Shown: in pieces, positions 60,701 to 64,000 of the stretch
Layout: each line of letters starts with the position of its first letter
Position numbering within the stretch: position 1 is the first letter of the stretch
Source of the DNA: Podarcis liolepis
Lineage: Eukaryota
Strand: one strand, 5' to 3'
Length of the DNA stretch: 64,000 bases
NCBI GenBank assembly: GCA_965112155.1
Contig: OZ218107.1
The notes under the pieces: model-generated
What the model was told of the DNA's origin: nothing
The model's input: only the letters and a program-made list of their open reading frames with translations
Databases searched by the model: none
Program-made: the position numbers and the translations under genes

Positions 60701-61207
60701 CTTTTAATTTATATAAAACCCACTTAGACTACCATTCCCTGGGCTAAACAACTTTCTTTTAGTAAATTCATATATCATCAACATGAAGAATTAAAGAACC
60801 CAAGAGATAAATGAATGTAGAGATGCATTTTTATATTTTCCGTTATCGAAGGTCATTACATAAAATATTTGGTAGCATGAACAAGTTAAGAACAGAAGGC
60901 AAGCTCTCAAAAATATGATCATAGATCCAAAACTCCACAATCCTCCAAGGTATTTAATTGGTATGCAAGACTATTCTGCCACAAATCAATATGTAAGTGG
61001 TGCACTTCACTCACACACACAGGCACATGAAGCCTTCAAAAATGCACAGCTGACTAAGACATGTCTTCACCAGAAACTAAGTGACAGCTCACATCATAAA
61101 TCCTTTCACCGGCAGGCTCTTAGTATGAGGCTACTGACTCAATATTGCATTTTAGCACAAGACACTGGAGTCCAAATTCCTTGCAGCTGCACCTATATAA
61201 CACACGA

Positions 61208-61372
61208 ATATGGGAAACTGCCTTGCACTAAGAGAGACCACCATCTATCTCAGTATTGTCTATACTGGCTGGCAGCAGTTCTCCCTTGTGTCTGTCAGGG
61301 ACCTTCCCAGTCCTCCCTGGCCATGCCAGAAATTGACCTGGGATCTTCTGTATGCAGAGCAGATGCTCTACT
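61208..61372 (-). mobile_element. Old tRNA-derived SINE; related plus-strand pieces at about 43210-43560
   Basis: Minus strand AGTAGAGCATCTGCTCTGCATACAGAAGATCCCAGGTCAATTTCTGGC...AAGGCAGTTTCCCATA. Confidence 0.55.
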
Positions 61373-63625
61373 GTTCTTTTTGATCCTTAGTCCTTAGGCA
61401 AATACACATTGCACTCCTCAGGTGTGAACCCTGAACGCAAGGCCTGGGTAACTCACTCTCACCTTAACAATATCCCCAAGTTCAATGCTTTACTTATTCT
61501 GTATAAGTAACTGCATGGCAACCATTCACCTAAACAAGATACAGTAAAACAAAAGGGTGCTTTGGGATATTCGGTAGCTTGGAGGGTTAATCCTTAAAGC
61601 TCAAGTGCAGCACTGCTAGATCAGACCAAAGACTTCTGCTTTCCACAGGGGACAACTGGACGCCTCCATATGCTTAATGAGTTTAAGTATAATTTTCATT
61701 AAGAAAACAAGGATAATTTTTTCGAAAGTATTTTCTATTAATCCTGCAATACTCGCTACATTTTATATTTCCCTCCACATTTACTCCAGAAGTAAATTGT
61801 ATGTTAGTTTAAATACCACAAAGACATTTCACTGTTTTTACAGTAATTTCATATAATAATAAATACACAACTGTAGCCCTCCTCCATTTACAAATTCATT
61901 AGGAATGTGAGGCTTAAAATTAAGAAGGGAGAGTCAAGAGGAGCCAACACAACCAAACCCCAGCTCACCAAACTTTCCATTCCTTAAGGAGTAAAAAGTC
62001 AGCAAAATTTCTTGTTATTTTTGTTCTTTGTCCCAATGTTTCTTTTTCAATAAGACAAATACAATAGATGAAAGCTAATAAAATATTGCTTGAAGACAGG
62101 AAAAAATGTAATATAATATATTCATATCTACTACCAGTAAGGATGTGGTCTGTGGCTGCACAAGCTCCTTCCATTTTCCAGAAAATGTCACTCCACATTG
62201 CATATGTAAGCATTTGCATTCAGCTGAACATATGAACTTTTCCCCCAATTAATCTATTTAAGAAAACAGTTTGAAAGCTTTGTGCAGAAAAGGTTTTCCT
62301 GGAACGTGGATTACTATCAGGCTCCCCAATTAGAATGCTTAACTAGAAAGGTAACAAAAGAACATTATAAGGAATACCAAAGTAATTGAATTCTCACACA
62401 AAGGTACTCATTTTAGCTGTTGAACATCAAGTTTTGAAATCCACATTAATCATCTCTCTGGCTCCCACACAATTTCACATGCACACCCATGATAATAGAT
62501 TCCCAATTTGCTGGAGAGAATTGAGGAATATAATCTAAGGAAGTGGCAGCTTGCCATTTGATCTTGTTAGGCTTACTTCTTCATTCAAGGGACCAGTTTG
62601 CCAAATGCTTAACAATAAATGTAAGACTTGGAATACAAAGTTTGGGCAGCTTAATCCTTAACAAAACACCTGTATAGACACATAAGGAAGAGTACAGTGT
62701 GCTCAAATGTCACCACAGACACATATCACTGAACTTCTAGCACAAGGGTCCCTCAAAACAGAAAGATTGCTACAAAACTATCCAATATATACATCTTCAG
62801 AAGTAAGTCCCATTGAATTGAATAGGGCTTATTCCCAGGAAAATGGATAGGAGACTGCAATCTTATGATCAATGAGTTCTCTCTCAATGTAGGGCTGATC
62901 ACTCGCTTATTTTACTGCAGTATATTTGCCAGAGCTTGAAAAAAATCTAGTATTTATTTGTTTAGGTAGATAGGATACTTCATACATGTCTTTACAACAA
63001 CATCACATATAAGCCCTAAAGAGCAGTTTACATGTGCAAATTCACCACGAGACAATAATTTACGGTATTCACACATCAGTGTGTGATGTCTGGCAAAATC
63101 CTCCTTTCCCATTGGGAGGATAATATAGATGACCAAGGTCCCCTGGAGAAATAAAAATTCACACCAGGGTTGCATGCATCTTTACAGTCTTTCTACAACT
63201 GCAAGAACCAGACAGAGATTTTGTATCATCACACATTATCCCAGACACAGTTTGATAAACCTGATGGCCCTTCTCCTCTTTGATGAGCACTGTATGCTTC
63301 CTTCAAATTGCTGAATTCCCTAAAATTGCTAAATTGCTTTCCCTTTCATCTCCGTTCTCCAGGAAGGTGCTATGTTAGGTCAGCTTTTACAGAAAGAGTC
63401 AACCTAACAGGAAGGGAGAGGGAACCACATTCCTGTTCTTACCTCTGAAGAAGTGTCTTATTCCCCTCCCATTTTTTCTTGCATAGAAAACTGGGAAGAA
63501 ATGAAAGGAGGCTTATTTCCTGCATATTCCCTCCTTGCCATGCTTGCTTCAAGTTCTTGCAACAACCCAATGCAGAGAAAGAGAAACAGAGGAAAGAATA
63601 ACAAGTCCGTTCTCTTCCTGTAGAG

Positions 63626-63916
63626 CAAGGGATGCCAAAACAGCGTTCATATGTGCCAGTGTGCCCACCTGTACCTCTTCCAGAAATCACTTCTGCACAT
63701 GCCCAGATACCATAAATCGCATCTGCACATGTCCATGGTGCCGTAAATTGCTTCTGTGCATGCCCAGACACCGAAAATTGCTTCTGTGCAGGCACAATTT
63801 TGGGCATCTAGGCATACACAGATGCGATTTCTGGCATCGCACTCCACCTGTCTGGCCCACAAAGGATCTCCGCAGGAGTGATCCGGCCCATGCCCGGTAA
63901 GCCTTGCCAACCCCTG
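63626..63916. mobile_element. hAT (Charlie-like) non-autonomous element with about 30-bp internal tandem repeats
   Basis: Ends CAAGGGATGCCAA / TTGCCAACCCCTG; imperfect TSD CTGTAGAG / CTCTAGAT; repeated AAATCGCTTCTGCACATGCCCAGA units. Confidence 0.65.
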
Positions 63917-63939
63917 CTCTAGATGCTGTTGAATAATAT

Positions 63940-63975
<36 letters not shown>

Positions 63976-64000
63976 TTATTATTTATACCCCACCCATCTG
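63940..64000 (-). repeat. (AAC)11 microsatellite joined to the tail of a minus-strand L2-type 3' end
   Basis: (AAC)n then TTTATTATTTATACCCCACCCATCTG, the reverse complement of the motif near 25460. Confidence 0.85.

Noticed and set aside
63660-63840. Approximately 30-bp repeats resembling a CRISPR array
   Set aside because: Degenerate tandem units with no unique spacers, inside a hAT element in eukaryotic DNA.
56273-64000. Alternative first exon or promoter, and ORFs such as 60915..61397
   Set aside because: No CpG island or recognisable coding signal; ORFs overlap SINE remnants.

Overview
Vertebrate genomic DNA, most likely a lacertid lizard, inferred from Sauria SINEs with (ACCTTT)n tails, BovB and squamate-type MITEs. 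The whole window lies inside one minus-strand gene, PLEKHA5. I traced 17 GT-AG coding exons from 56272 down to 379 (2384 nt, one open frame, about 794 codons). They cover the end of WW2, the PH domain, the Pro/Ser-rich middle, a cassette-exon cluster and the start of the coiled coil. The 5' exons lie beyond 64000 and the 3' exons before position 1. Introns contain SINEs, CR1, L2, RTE/BovB fragments and several MITEs, and there is a 200-N gap at 6070-6269. The best finding is a perfect 91-bp inverted repeat at 15082-15270 from a Penelope-like element. Each arm carries a minimal type-I hammerhead ribozyme, and the element is nested in the target-site duplication (TSD) of a Sauria SINE just upstream of the cassette exons. 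Human comparisons and repeat family names are from memory, not from searches. No prokaryote-type system was seen, and most track ORFs are spurious.
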